Source of the DNA: Planctomycetota bacterium
Lineage (GTDB): Bacteria; Planctomycetota; B15-G4
Direction: 5' to 3'
Assembly: GCA_038212275.1 (NCBI GenBank)
Contig: JBBQUR010000002.1
Location: 232,778-296,777 of the forward strand
DNA: 64,000 nt
The position numbers and the translations under genes were made by a program. Below are positions 50,312 to 60,331 of the stretch, one piece after another (positions within the stretch are counted from its first letter, which is position 1; each line of letters starts with the position of its first letter). The notes below the pieces were generated by a model. That model was not told the origin of the DNA. It did no database searches and saw nothing but the letters and a program-made list of their open reading frames with translations.

Positions 50312-50577
50312 GGAAGGTCTCCTCGGGATGTCTGCGCAACCGCGATTCGGTTGCCCCTCCGTGGTAGCGATTCACGGCAGCGCGCGGCGTGACGTCTCCG
50401 TCCTCCTGTGGGTGAACTCCTCCGCGCTCGGCCGCGGAGAAGTCCGCGCACACCGGGCAGACGCGCGCATGCCTCGCCGAGGCCGGCTCGAGGCGCGGGC
50501 CGACCCTGCCGGCTCGCACCTCGCGTCGCTCCATGGGAAGATCCGGCGATCCGGCCCCGCGTTGCAGGAGCGAGCTC

Positions 50578-51186
50578 GTGATCACGCTGAACCCCGTCAC
50601 GCTCGAAGGCCATGGCATCCGCCTCGAGCCGCTCTCACCCGCTCACGCGGACGGCCTCGGCACGGCTGCCGCCGACGGCCGGCTCTGGGAACTCTGGTTC
50701 ACGCAGGTGCCGGAACCGCAGCAAGCCGGGGCTTACATCGCCACGGCGCTCGACGGCCTGCGCGCCGGACACATGCTGCCGTGGGCCGTGCGCGATCTCG
50801 CGACGGGCGAGCTCGTCGGCAGCACGCGCTACCACGACATCATGCCGGCGATCGATCGCGTGGAGATCGGCTACACGTGGTACGCCGCCAGCCGGCAGCG
50901 CACGCACGTCAACACCGCTGCCAAGCTGCTGCTGCTCGGCCACGCCTTCGACACGCTGGGCTGCGCGGTCGTCGGCCTGCGCACGGACGGCTTCAACTTC
51001 GCGTCGCAGAAGGCCATCGCCGCGCTCGGAGCGCACAAGGACGGCGTGATCCGCCACTTCGGCACGCGCCGCGACGGCAGCGTGCGCGACACCGTGATGT
51101 TCAGCATCCTCGCGACCGAGTGGCCCGACGTGCAGCGCCACCTTGCGACCCGACTCGCGCGGCACCGGGCCGAGCCCCCGCGCTGA
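50578..51186 (+). CDS. GNAT N-acetyltransferase (RimJ/RimL-like)
   Basis: GSTRY, VEIGYTW, QRTHVNTAAKLLLL.HAF, SQKAI, RDTVMFSI..EWP. Confidence 0.9.
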   Translation: MITLNPVTLEGHGIRLEPLSPAHADGLGTAAADGRLWELWFTQVPEPQQAGAYIATALDGLRAGHMLPWAVRDLATGELVGSTRYHDIMPAIDRVEIGYTWYAASRQRTHVNTAAKLLLLGHAFDTLGCAVVGLRTDGFNFASQKAIAALGAHKDGVIRHFGTRRDGSVRDTVMFSILATEWPDVQRHLATRLARHRAEPPR

Positions 51187-51295
51187 GCTGCCGTCGAGGC
51201 ACGGCCGGGCCCGCGCCTCGTGAAGCGCGGACCCGGCTGAAGACACGGGCGATGCATCGAGCGGCGATCCGGCAAGCCGCTGGCCGCCCGACGGA

Positions 51296-52966
51296 TCAGT
51301 TGCCCTGCGAGATGCCGTAGATCGCGGTCGAGCCGGACACCTCGTTGGCCACCACCAGCAGCGGTTGACCATTGGGGCTGGCCGAGGCCGGTATCACGAA
51401 CAGGCCCTCGGGGCCGAGGTCGCCGGCGGTGCCGGCCTGCGCATCGCCCGTGAAGTCGCGGCTGTTCACGTAGGTCGCAAGCACGGGAGCGTGCGGATCG
51501 GAGACGTCCAGGACGACGACGCCGCCCACGCGCTCCAGCCCGAGGAAAGCCCACGACTTTCCGAAGAGCCGCGCGGTCGCGACGCCTTCCGGCTCCGGGC
51601 CCTTGTTGTCGCTGCGCGTGTCGAAGGAGCCGTTCGCGTCGTTGGTGCAGTTGAACTCGCCGGGCAGCACGTCGGCGATGAGCGACTCGAGCTGCGCGCC
51701 GCCATCCCAGACCAGCTCGCCGGAGGTGCTCCAGATGGAGGCCGAGCGCGCACCGAAGACGTAGAGCGCGTCGAAGTCACCATCGCCGTCGGTGTCACCG
51801 TCGCGCGAGGACACGGTGAGCCGCCCGAGTTTCTTGCTGCCCTTCAGGTCGGCCGCATCGGGGAATGCCGTCGGGTCGAGCGTGAGCGTGGAGACGCGCG
51901 CTTCGTCCGAGAAGGCCTCCCAGTCGCGCGTGTCCCCTTCGTTCGCGGTGATCAGCCACGTCTTGCCCTGCGCGCTGAAGGCGGCGATGGCGTCCGGCAT
52001 GAACATGCCGTGCACCGGCCAGTTCGCCAGCGTGATCGCCGAGTCCTTGTCGGACACGTCGAGTTCATTGCCCGGGAGAGAGTGGTCCTTGGTGCCCAGC
52101 GGCAGCAGCTCCAGGAACCTGCCGGCACGGATGTCGAGCACCGCCACCGCATTGTTCTCCTGCAGCGTCACGTACGCCCGGCGCGAGTCGGCCGAGACGG
52201 CGATGTACTCGGGCTCGATGTCCTGCGACGGCAGCGGCGACGGGCCGCTGATGCGCACGCCCGCCGGAACCGAGCTCGGGATGAACGGCGGCAGGCCGTC
52301 CCAGGCCTCGAAGCCCGCGCGGACCACGTCGGCCGCGGTGATGCCGCCGACATTGGACTTCATCCGGATGATGCTCACCGAGCCGGCGGGGTCCACCGAG
52401 TAGTCGTCCGCGGGCTCGCCCTCGTTGGCGACGAGCAGCCAGCGTCCGTTGGGCGTGAAGGTCAGCATGTCCGGCTGGCTGCCCACCGGCACGCCGCCGC
52501 GCAGATTCCCGTTGGTGTCGAAGAAGACGACCGCGCCCGGAGCGGTCTTCGGGTCGGCCTCGATCGCCACGGCGACGACGCCCTTTTTCACCGCCACGCT
52601 GTTGGCGTGATCGCCGAAGGGCTTCACGTCGATGGAGAAGAGCAGCACCGGCAGCGAAGGATCGTGGATGTCGAGCACATCGATGGTGCCAGCGCCGGCA
52701 TTCGTCACGAACAGGCGCTGCAGCGCAGGATCGTGCGCGGCGATCTCGGCCGCGGAGACGTTGAACTGTCCCGTCGCGTAGCCTCCCAGCTTCTCGAGCA
52801 CGAGGCTGCCGGAGGTCATGTCCGACGCGAGGTTTCCATCCAGGGCGGGCTGCTGGCTGAAGCCGGACATGGCCAGCGTGCCCAGCGCAAACGCCACCGT
52901 CACCAGAAGGACCATGGCGAACGGAATCGTTTCGGACGACCTGGGCGTGCTCGGGATGTCGCTCAT
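51296..52966 (-). CDS. Choice-of-anchor I / alkaline-phosphatase-associated beta-propeller protein
   Basis: AAEIAAHD, PDMLTFTPNG, VANEGEP, EPEYI, LQENNA, TANEGD.R, DTRSDNKGPEPEG, GDLGPEG, NEVSG. Confidence 0.85.
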   Translation of the reverse strand: MSDIPSTPRSSETIPFAMVLLVTVAFALGTLAMSGFSQQPALDGNLASDMTSGSLVLEKLGGYATGQFNVSAAEIAAHDPALQRLFVTNAGAGTIDVLDIHDPSLPVLLFSIDVKPFGDHANSVAVKKGVVAVAIEADPKTAPGAVVFFDTNGNLRGGVPVGSQPDMLTFTPNGRWLLVANEGEPADDYSVDPAGSVSIIRMKSNVGGITAADVVRAGFEAWDGLPPFIPSSVPAGVRISGPSPLPSQDIEPEYIAVSADSRRAYVTLQENNAVAVLDIRAGRFLELLPLGTKDHSLPGNELDVSDKDSAITLANWPVHGMFMPDAIAAFSAQGKTWLITANEGDTRDWEAFSDEARVSTLTLDPTAFPDAADLKGSKKLGRLTVSSRDGDTDGDGDFDALYVFGARSASIWSTSGELVWDGGAQLESLIADVLPGEFNCTNDANGSFDTRSDNKGPEPEGVATARLFGKSWAFLGLERVGGVVVLDVSDPHAPVLATYVNSRDFTGDAQAGTAGDLGPEGLFVIPASASPNGQPLLVVANEVSGSTAIYGISQGN

Positions 52967-53152
52967 CGGAGGCTCCTGCTTCGAGGCTGCGCCGCCGGGC
53001 CCGGCCGCGTGACCGGGTGCGCCGGCTGGGCGCGAAGCGCAGGAGCTTCGTGCGCGAGCTTGAAGTTCCGCCGGTGTTCCCGATGAAGACTTCGTGATGA
53101 AGCGGGCACGCGGCAGGTCTGCGACGCGTGTGCGGTCCGGAGTCGAGGCGCG

Positions 53153-55168
53153 CTACTCCGTCGCGCCCGCCGCGAGCAGGAGCGCTGCGAAGTGCGGGTT
53201 GCCGTTTGCCTGCGCGAGGCGCAGCGGCGTGTCGCCATGCTCGTCCCGCGCCGTCAGATCGGCGCCGCTGGCAAGCAGCGCGGACAGCGTGTCCGTGCTG
53301 CCGTAGTCGACGACGGCCGCCCAGTGCAGCGGCGTGCGATCGCCCACGAGGCGGTCGCGCGCCTCCAGGTCCACCCCGGCCTCCAGCAGCACGACGACGA
53401 CGGCGGCCTGCCCGTCGATGACCGCGTTGGTGAGCGGCGTCGCGCCTTCGATCTCCGCCGTGGGGTCGGCCCCGCGCTTCACGAGTTCGCGCACCATCGC
53501 CGCATCGCCCTGCCACCCGGCAAGCGCCAGCGCCGTCTCGCCACCGCGTCCCTGCGCGTTGACGTCCGCACCGGCCGCCAGCAGCAGGTCCACCTTGCCG
53601 ACGTCTCCGGAGATCGCGGCGAGACGCAGCGCCTCGCCGAGGTCCTCGACGCGCGATGGATCGTCGGCGGTGAGGGGCAGGAGCACCTCGAGCACGGGCA
53701 GGCCGCCCGAGGAGGCTGCGGCGACGAGCAAGGCGGTCTTGTCGAGCGCCGAGCGCGCGGAGGGGTCGGCGCCGTGATCGAGCAGCAGGCGCGTCCTGGC
53801 GAGATCACCCGCGGCGCAGAGCAAGGGCGTGAGTCCGCGCGCGCCGCGCTCGTTGGCGTCCGCGCCGGCTTCGAGCAGCGCCCGCATGGTTGAGATGTCT
53901 TCGTAAAGCGTGGCGCGGATCAACGGCGGGAGGCCGTCGTCGTCAGGCGTGGCTTCCGCGACAGCAGCCGATGCCGGCTGCGGCGCGGCCGCGGGCGCCG
54001 GGCTCGTGTCTGATCGCGGCAGACTCGTCGTGCGCGTCCAGATCGGCGAGGGTCCGGGGGCCGCGGCCGTGCACAGCGCGCTGATCGCCCAGCACGTCGC
54101 TGCGCACGAGATGAACTGGTGGATGCCGTGCGGGAAGCCGGTCTCGAAATACTTCAGGCCCTCGGCCTTGCGGCGGGTCTCGACGAGCCACGTGCCGTCA
54201 TCAAGCTGCGTGCGCAGCAGGTAGTCCACGCCGCGCACGGAGACCGGATCCGTCGCCGCCAGCCTGCCGACCTGGTGCAGCGCGACGAGCGCCTCGCCGG
54301 TGGCAAAGGCGTCGCTCGCACGCGACGGGATCTGCGCCCAGCCGCCGTCATCGCGTTGCTCGCTCTGCAGCGCGGCGCTCGCCGCCGCCAGTTCGTCCGG
54401 CGTGCCGCCCGTCCACGCGAGGCCGAAGAGGCGCATGACGCTTTCCTCGGTGCTGCGCGGCACGGCCGTCGCGAGCCAGTCGTGCGCGCGTCGCACGCCC
54501 TGAGCGACCTGCGCCGCGCGGCCGGGCGGCGCATAGAGTTGCATCACGCGCGCCGAGAGCGCCGTCGCCGTGAACTCGCTGTCCTCGAGCGGTGGCCGAT
54601 GGCTTACGCTGGCCCAGCGCCCGTCGGGCTGCTGCCTGCCGATCAGGAACTGCACCGTCGCGTCGGTGGTCGCGTTGGCCGGGACCTCGCACGCGGCGAG
54701 CGCCATGAGCCGATACGACTGGCCGATCTGTGCATTGATCGACGACTCGCCCTGCACGAACTCCGCATTGTCGTCGTTGCTCGAGCGCCGAAAGCGCTTC
54801 AGGAGCCGCGCTGAAAGATCCTCGTCCACGGCCCAGACGGCCTCACGAGCGCTGCCGACCGCCATGAGATTGAGCGCCGCGTGATGGCACGAGCTGCACG
54901 AGCGGCTCTCGTACCACTCTTCGCCGCTGCGCTGCACCACCGGCAACGCGGCCTCGACGGCCGCACGCAGGGCCTCGGCGCGAAGCGGCGCCCGCAGGTC
55001 GGACGGCGCCTGCGTCTGCTCCGGCGACTCATCCCTCTGCGCCGCATGCAACGCATGCCCCGCATCCGGTGATCCCGCCGACGGCAACACCTGCGGGGCC
55101 GCCCATGCAGCCGGCGCGAACGCCAACAGCAGCGACAGGGCGGCGCCGACGATCGCGAGGATGCGCAT
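53153..55168 (-). CDS. Secreted prenyltransferase/squalene-cyclase-repeat plus ankyrin-repeat protein
   Basis: Signal peptide MRILAIV; CSSCHH; QQPDGRW, QRDDGGW, QLDDGTW repeats; FETGFPHG; about 6 ankyrin repeats (GLTPL, GETAL, TPLHWAA, GDTPL). Confidence 0.8.
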   Translation of the reverse strand: MRILAIVGAALSLLLAFAPAAWAAPQVLPSAGSPDAGHALHAAQRDESPEQTQAPSDLRAPLRAEALRAAVEAALPVVQRSGEEWYESRSCSSCHHAALNLMAVGSAREAVWAVDEDLSARLLKRFRRSSNDDNAEFVQGESSINAQIGQSYRLMALAACEVPANATTDATVQFLIGRQQPDGRWASVSHRPPLEDSEFTATALSARVMQLYAPPGRAAQVAQGVRRAHDWLATAVPRSTEESVMRLFGLAWTGGTPDELAAASAALQSEQRDDGGWAQIPSRASDAFATGEALVALHQVGRLAATDPVSVRGVDYLLRTQLDDGTWLVETRRKAEGLKYFETGFPHGIHQFISCAATCWAISALCTAAAPGPSPIWTRTTSLPRSDTSPAPAAAPQPASAAVAEATPDDDGLPPLIRATLYEDISTMRALLEAGADANERGARGLTPLLCAAGDLARTRLLLDHGADPSARSALDKTALLVAAASSGGLPVLEVLLPLTADDPSRVEDLGEALRLAAISGDVGKVDLLLAAGADVNAQGRGGETALALAGWQGDAAMVRELVKRGADPTAEIEGATPLTNAVIDGQAAVVVVLLEAGVDLEARDRLVGDRTPLHWAAVVDYGSTDTLSALLASGADLTARDEHGDTPLRLAQANGNPHFAALLLAAGATE

Positions 55169-55329
55169 GAACTGCTCCGAAGTGTTCGACAGACACCAGC
55201 GCCGGGAGATCATCGCTCCGTGGCGTCCTGCCAGCATGCCGGTGCCCGGTGCCGCTGCCTGAGAATCGGAAGACCGAGGCGGCCGTGACAGCAGCCGCGG
55301 CCGCGACGCCGATCGTGGCGCCGATCCGT

Positions 55330-55642
55330 GACGCTGCTGCGCGAGGTACAGCTGCGAGAGCTGCCGGCGATACGCGCAGGCGTAGCCAGGAGCCGGATCG
55401 AGCATCCCGACGGCAAGCCAGACCCCGAGCAGGCCGGCCTGCTGGCGGCCATTCGGCGAGAAGCCCGGCGCACTGCCCTCGCCGAGAGTCGAGATCGGCG
55501 ACCCGTCGATGCGCCGCGTGACGACGGAGTAGCCCCCTCCGCCATGGCCGTTCGTGAACACGAGCGTCTGCCGGTCGGGCGAGAGCGACCCGCCCCATGC
55601 GAGCCCCTCGATGGCGAAGGACTCCTCCGGGAGCGTGGTCAC
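55330..55642 (-). pseudogene. Collapsed remnant of a PD40/WD40-like C-terminal propeller
   Basis: LSPDRQTLVF...YSVVTRRIDGSPISTLGEG...FSPNG joined to a terminal 'YACAYRRQLSQLYL' segment; in frame with the ankyrin ORF but upstream of its signal peptide. Confidence 0.45.
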
Positions 55643-55678
55643 CTTGCCGCCGCACGCAGGGTCCGCCTCCGTCCGCTG

Positions 55679-58279
55679 TCAGGTCCCCGTGAGCATCTTC
55701 ACCAGATTGGGCATGCCGGCGCCCTGGTGGTAGCGGTCGCGCTTCAGATCCGTGCAGTGTTCCAGCAGCAGCTGCTTGACCTGGTCCGGGTGACCGATGA
55801 ATTCCTTGCGCACCGAGAGGAAGGCCGCGAGCAGACCGGAGATGTGCGGGCACGCCATGCTGGTGCCGCTCATCTCGATGTAGTGCGTGTCGGCGCGGCC
55901 GGGCGTGTAGAGCGCGTTGGCGGAGATGATCTTCTCGCCGGGGGCGACACAATCGGGCTTCGCGCGCCCGTCCGCCGTCGGCCCGCGCGAGCTGAAATAC
56001 GAGATGCCGTACATGTGCGGGTGATCACGGTGCACGGAGCCCACCGCGATGGCCTCGTCGAGATTGGCCGGGTCGCCGATGGACAGGTCCAGCGTGAGGT
56101 CCACCTCGCCGTCCGCGGTCTGCACGGCAAGGCTGCCCTCGTTGCCGGCGGCCAGCACGACGAGCACGCCCTGCCGCCACAGCCGGCGCAGTTCGCGGCA
56201 GATGGGCGAGAAGCCGCAACCGAAGACCTCCGGATCGAAGTAGCCGCCGAGGCTGAGGTTCACGCCGTGGATCACGAGTTCCGGCGCGGCGTCGTTGAGC
56301 GCCGCGATGTGGTCCAGCGCCTTGATGATCCACGCGTCCTCGCCTTCGCCGTCGTCGTTCAGCACCTTGTAGGCGTGCAGCGAGCATTCCGGCGCCATGC
56401 CGTTGAAGTCCTGGTTCTTCGTGCTGACCGCGGCCGCCGCGCCCGCGATGATGCCGGCGACGTGCGTGCCGTGCCCGTCCTTGTCGAGGCCTGCGTCCTT
56501 GTCCTTGCCGGCCGACGTGCCGCGCACCGGCGCGCCGCGCTTCGTGCAGTCCCAGCGCGCCTTCACGTTGCCGTGCTGCCGGAAGTGCGGATGCCCGTCG
56601 GCCACGCCCGTGTCCAGCACGGCCCAGGCGATGCCCTTGCCGGCGGCCTTGTAACCCTGCCTCGCTGTCCAGGCCTGCAGCGTGTGCGCCGAGACCGCGA
56701 TGAGCTTGCGCTTGCGGGCGTTCTTCCAGATCGTCGCGATGCAGAGCTCGGCGTGGCGCGACGCGAGCGCGTCGATCTCCACAGCCGTGAGCCGCGCCGC
56801 CACGTAGCGCTTGAGCACGTCCACCTGCGCGGCGGCCAGGTCTTCCTTGTCGGTCACGACCTCCGCGATGGCGCGGGAGATGGCTTCGCCCGTCGCCTGC
56901 AGCGTCACTCCGGCGATGGGCAGGCCGTTGCCTCGGCGCGCTGCACCGCCGTCGCGCGCCATGCCGCCGCCGGCCGCCGTGCCGCCGCCGGCCGTTGCGC
57001 CGGCCGCCTCGCGTGGGTCGGACGCGAACTCGGCATCCGCGGCCTTCAGCTCGATGAGCACCGGCTGGCGCACGAGACTGTCGGCCATCTCCGCGGCGAC
57101 GTCCTTGGCGATCACGAATTTGTTGAGCGGCGCGGCAAATCCGGAGCCGAGCACGTCGCGCGCGGCGCCGCGCACGTCGCTGACCTCCAGGTAGCCGGTG
57201 CCCGAGTGCGGGTTGAAGCCCGACAGCCGCAGCGTGTCGCGGTTCACGACGATCTCGTCGACGATGCGCACGCCGGTCGGCCCGTGCTTGAAGTCGTTGG
57301 CGATGCGCTTGTCCAGGGCGACCGGATCGAGCAGGTCCGCAAAGTTGCGCCAGGCCTTCACGACGGCCGGCACCACGAGCGGCCGCGTGATGTTGTCCTG
57401 CACCTCCTGCACGCCGAGCGGCGAGCCGACGGTGATGAGAAGCGAGACCTCGACGCCGCTCTGCGCACCCAGCGCCGCCAGCACGTCGTACGCGATGATC
57501 GTGCCCTGACTGTGCGCCACGACGACGTAGGGCCCGCCCTCCGGCGTGAGCAGCTGCGCGAGGCGTTCGCGCATGCGGCGCCGCTGATCCGCATCGAACA
57601 GGTAGGCATGCGTGTCGTGGATGAAGGCATCGGTCAGCTGCTGCGCGACCCAGCGCCGCGCGAAGCCCGGCAGCGGCAGCAGCCGCTTGTGCACGCCCTG
57701 CGCCGCGACGCTGCGCGTGCGCCGCGCGCCCTCGGCTGCGCTGCCCGGGCCGGAGCGCGGCTCCTCGAACTCCGACCAGTCGTAGCTGCTGGCGAGCATC
57801 TGCCGCGCCATGCTCGCGGCCCAGGCATGCTCGGCCGAGCCACCCTCGTCGGCGCGGCCCGCGCGACCGCGCTTGGAGGCCACGGCCTTGCCGCCGCCGC
57901 GCCCTGCCGGAGCGACCGAGTCCGCGAGCAGCTGCACCAGCTCCGCGTCGGAGAGCTCCGAGCGTGATGCCAGGTCCATCGCGCCGCCCGCTGCGGCGCC
58001 GATCGCGCGCGAACCGGGTCCGCCGGCCGCGAGCGGTTGCGGATAGCGGATGTCGGCCCAGTAGGCGAGCCGCGTGCGCGCGCCCATGTCCACGCCGAAG
58101 AGCGCGACGTCCCACTGCTTCTTCAGCACGGCGGGAGGCGGCTTGTTGCCGATGCCGTGGATGTAGACGACGGTGTGCCGGCGCTCGTCGATGGCTGCGC
58201 TCGCGGTCGTGGCGCGCATCCCGCGCACACCGACGCTCTTCGCTCCCTCACGCTGAGTTCTGCCTGCCTTCTTCGCCAT
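55679..58279 (-). CDS. Alpha/beta-hydrolase - S8 subtilase fusion protein
   Basis: N-terminal YIHGIG, AHSQG, LLITVGSPLG, DPVA, NPHS; C-terminal VLDTG, HGTHVAG, AAGN, SGTSMA; no signal peptide. Confidence 0.88.
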   Translation of the reverse strand: MAKKAGRTQREGAKSVGVRGMRATTASAAIDERRHTVVYIHGIGNKPPPAVLKKQWDVALFGVDMGARTRLAYWADIRYPQPLAAGGPGSRAIGAAAGGAMDLASRSELSDAELVQLLADSVAPAGRGGGKAVASKRGRAGRADEGGSAEHAWAASMARQMLASSYDWSEFEEPRSGPGSAAEGARRTRSVAAQGVHKRLLPLPGFARRWVAQQLTDAFIHDTHAYLFDADQRRRMRERLAQLLTPEGGPYVVVAHSQGTIIAYDVLAALGAQSGVEVSLLITVGSPLGVQEVQDNITRPLVVPAVVKAWRNFADLLDPVALDKRIANDFKHGPTGVRIVDEIVVNRDTLRLSGFNPHSGTGYLEVSDVRGAARDVLGSGFAAPLNKFVIAKDVAAEMADSLVRQPVLIELKAADAEFASDPREAAGATAGGGTAAGGGMARDGGAARRGNGLPIAGVTLQATGEAISRAIAEVVTDKEDLAAAQVDVLKRYVAARLTAVEIDALASRHAELCIATIWKNARKRKLIAVSAHTLQAWTARQGYKAAGKGIAWAVLDTGVADGHPHFRQHGNVKARWDCTKRGAPVRGTSAGKDKDAGLDKDGHGTHVAGIIAGAAAAVSTKNQDFNGMAPECSLHAYKVLNDDGEGEDAWIIKALDHIAALNDAAPELVIHGVNLSLGGYFDPEVFGCGFSPICRELRRLWRQGVLVVLAAGNEGSLAVQTADGEVDLTLDLSIGDPANLDEAIAVGSVHRDHPHMYGISYFSSRGPTADGRAKPDCVAPGEKIISANALYTPGRADTHYIEMSGTSMACPHISGLLAAFLSVRKEFIGHPDQVKQLLLEHCTDLKRDRYHQGAGMPNLVKMLTGT

Positions 58280-58449
58280 GAGCTGCCTCCGTTGCGGCGG
58301 CGATGCGCTGTGCCGTCGTCGCCTTGACCAACCGTGCCGATGTCCCGCCTGGAAACCCGGTGCACAAGTCTAAGGGGATTGCGGGCGCGCAGCGCAAGCA
58401 CCGGATGCAACCCCGTGGCGGAGGCGGGTCAGGTCGTCGCCGCGCCTCG

Positions 58450-58506
58450 CTCTCCATGCGAAGCAGGGCTCTCCATGCGAAGCAGGGCGCTCAATGCGAA
58501 GCAGGC
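58450..58506. repeat. 19-bp direct repeat x3 overlapping the stop of the TPR gene
   Basis: ctctccatgcgaagcaggg twice exactly, then cgctcaatgcgaagcaggc. Confidence 0.85.
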
Positions 58507-60296
58507 AGCCCGCCCTGCGTGGCAGACAGCATGCTCTGCGCCGCGGCCAGCCCGCTGCGCACCGTCTCGTCGCCGGGACGCAGGCGAAGCGCCGTCTCGT
58601 AGTGCTCGATGGCCTCCGCGACTCGTCCGCTCTTCAGCAGTGCGTCCGCGAGGCTGACGTGTCCCTTCGCGAAGTCGGGGCGACGCGCCAGCGCGGCCTC
58701 GAGCACGGCGATGCCCTCCGGCGTCTTCCCGACCAGGATGAGCGCCTTGCCGAGGTTGTTGGACACATCACTCGCGTCGGGATTGATGCGCAGCGCCTGC
58801 TCGTAGCAGGCCAGCGCATCGGGCGCGCGGCCCAGCTTCATGGACAGGTTGCCGAGATTGAAGAGCGACTCGAAGGCGTCCGGCTTCGCCTGCAGCGAGG
58901 CTCGGTATTGCTCGATCGCCTCCCTCGTGCGCCCGAGTTTCGCGAGCGCGATGCCGAAGTTGTGATGCGCCTCGCCGTAACCTGGCCGCAGGCGCAGGGC
59001 CTGCTCGTAGTGTTCGATGCCCTCCGGAACCCTGCCGGAGTCCACCAGCAGGATGCCAAGGTTGTTGTGCGCCAGCCAGCAGCCGGGATTGCCTGCGAGC
59101 ATCGCGCGATAATGCGTCTCCGCATCCGTGTAGATGTGGCATTGCTTCCAGGTCATGCCGCCGAGCGTGCCCAGCAGCGCCGCGCAGAGCGCCGCCCTGG
59201 CGAGGCGCGAGCGCAGGCGTGCGCGATCAGCGAGCAGCGTCGCCCCGGCCGACAGCAGGGCGATCACGCCGAGACTCGCGAGGTACTGCCAGTGATCCGC
59301 GACGAACGAAAACACGTAGTAGTAGTGCACGACCACGCCGATCACCGGCACGAGCAGCCCGGTGAAGATCAGCATGCCGGCCAGCGGGCCGCGCGCGCGC
59401 CTGCGCAGGCTCCACAGCACCGCGAGCAGCGCGAGCCACGCAGCCAGCTGCACGTACGGCCCCGCCTCGGACGGGTCGAGCTCCCAGCGCGGATAGACGA
59501 AGCGCAGGTCCGCGGGCCAGATCAGCTTGCCGAGATAGAACCACAGCGCGCGACCCGCGATCTGAAGCCGCTGGAGCGGCAGCACCTGGAAGTCGGCGCC
59601 CGTGGCCCCGACGTGGTGGCGTTCCACCCACGCGGTGAACAGGCCGGCCCCGAGGCCCAGCGCCGCGAACGGGAGCACGGGCAGCACGTCGCGCACCCAG
59701 GTCAACCTGCCTCGCCGCCACCACGCGATCACGAGCAGCACGCCGGACATCGGCACCACCGAGGTCTTGCTGAGGCATGCCATCGCGAAAAGCAGCAGTG
59801 CCGCGGCATAGGCGCGCCGCGAACGATGTTCGTCGAAGCCGATCCAGGCGAGGATCGAGCCCAGGAAGATCACGGCCGAAAACGTGTTCTTCTGTTCCGT
59901 GATCTACGCCACCGACTCGACGTGCACGGGATGCAGCGCGAAGACGAAGGCCGCGAGCAGCGCCCCCGGCACGCCGAGTCGTCGCAGGATCACCGCGCAC
60001 AGTGCCGCCGCGAGGGCGTGCAGCGCGATGTTCGTCAGGTGATAGCCGAGCGTCGCCTCGCCCCAGCACGCGTGTTCCAGCCAGAACGCCGTGTGCAGCA
60101 GAGGGAAATACTGCTGCGTGCTGCCGACCTCCAGCCAGATGCGCTGCAGGCCGTCCGCCGATTGCAGCTCGGCCGCGGTGACATTGTCATTGTCGTCCCA
60201 GAGCATGGCTCCGTGCCACGCCGGCCGGTAGGCCAGCGCCACCGCGGCCACCAACAGCAGGTAGAGCACGACGAAACGCGCACATCGGGCAAGCAT
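58491..60296 (-). pseudogene. TMTC-like membrane glycosyltransferase/TPR protein interrupted by an in-frame TAG at 59904-59906
   Basis: LWDD, YFPL, GYHLTNIALH, FALHPVHVESVA*ITEQKN, LSK, VADHWQYLA, then about 5 TPRs; both ORF-track pieces are in the same frame. Confidence 0.85.
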
Positions 60297-60331
60297 CGGC
60301 ACCGACGATAGCGCAACGGCACGCATCACGG

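Noticed and set aside
53153..55168. Squalene-hopene cyclase
   Set aside because: No DxDD motif, a signal peptide is present, and there is only one barrel plus ankyrins
55328..57967. 879-aa + strand ORF
   Set aside because: Antisense shadow of the hydrolase-subtilase gene
58450..58506. Possible mini-CRISPR array
   Set aside because: The repeats are directly adjacent with no spacers, and there are no cas genes
59904..59906. Pyrrolysine or recoded TAG
   Set aside because: The position corresponds to a conserved Trp (one-base change), TAG is used as a normal stop elsewhere (for example priA, prfC), and no pyl genes are seen
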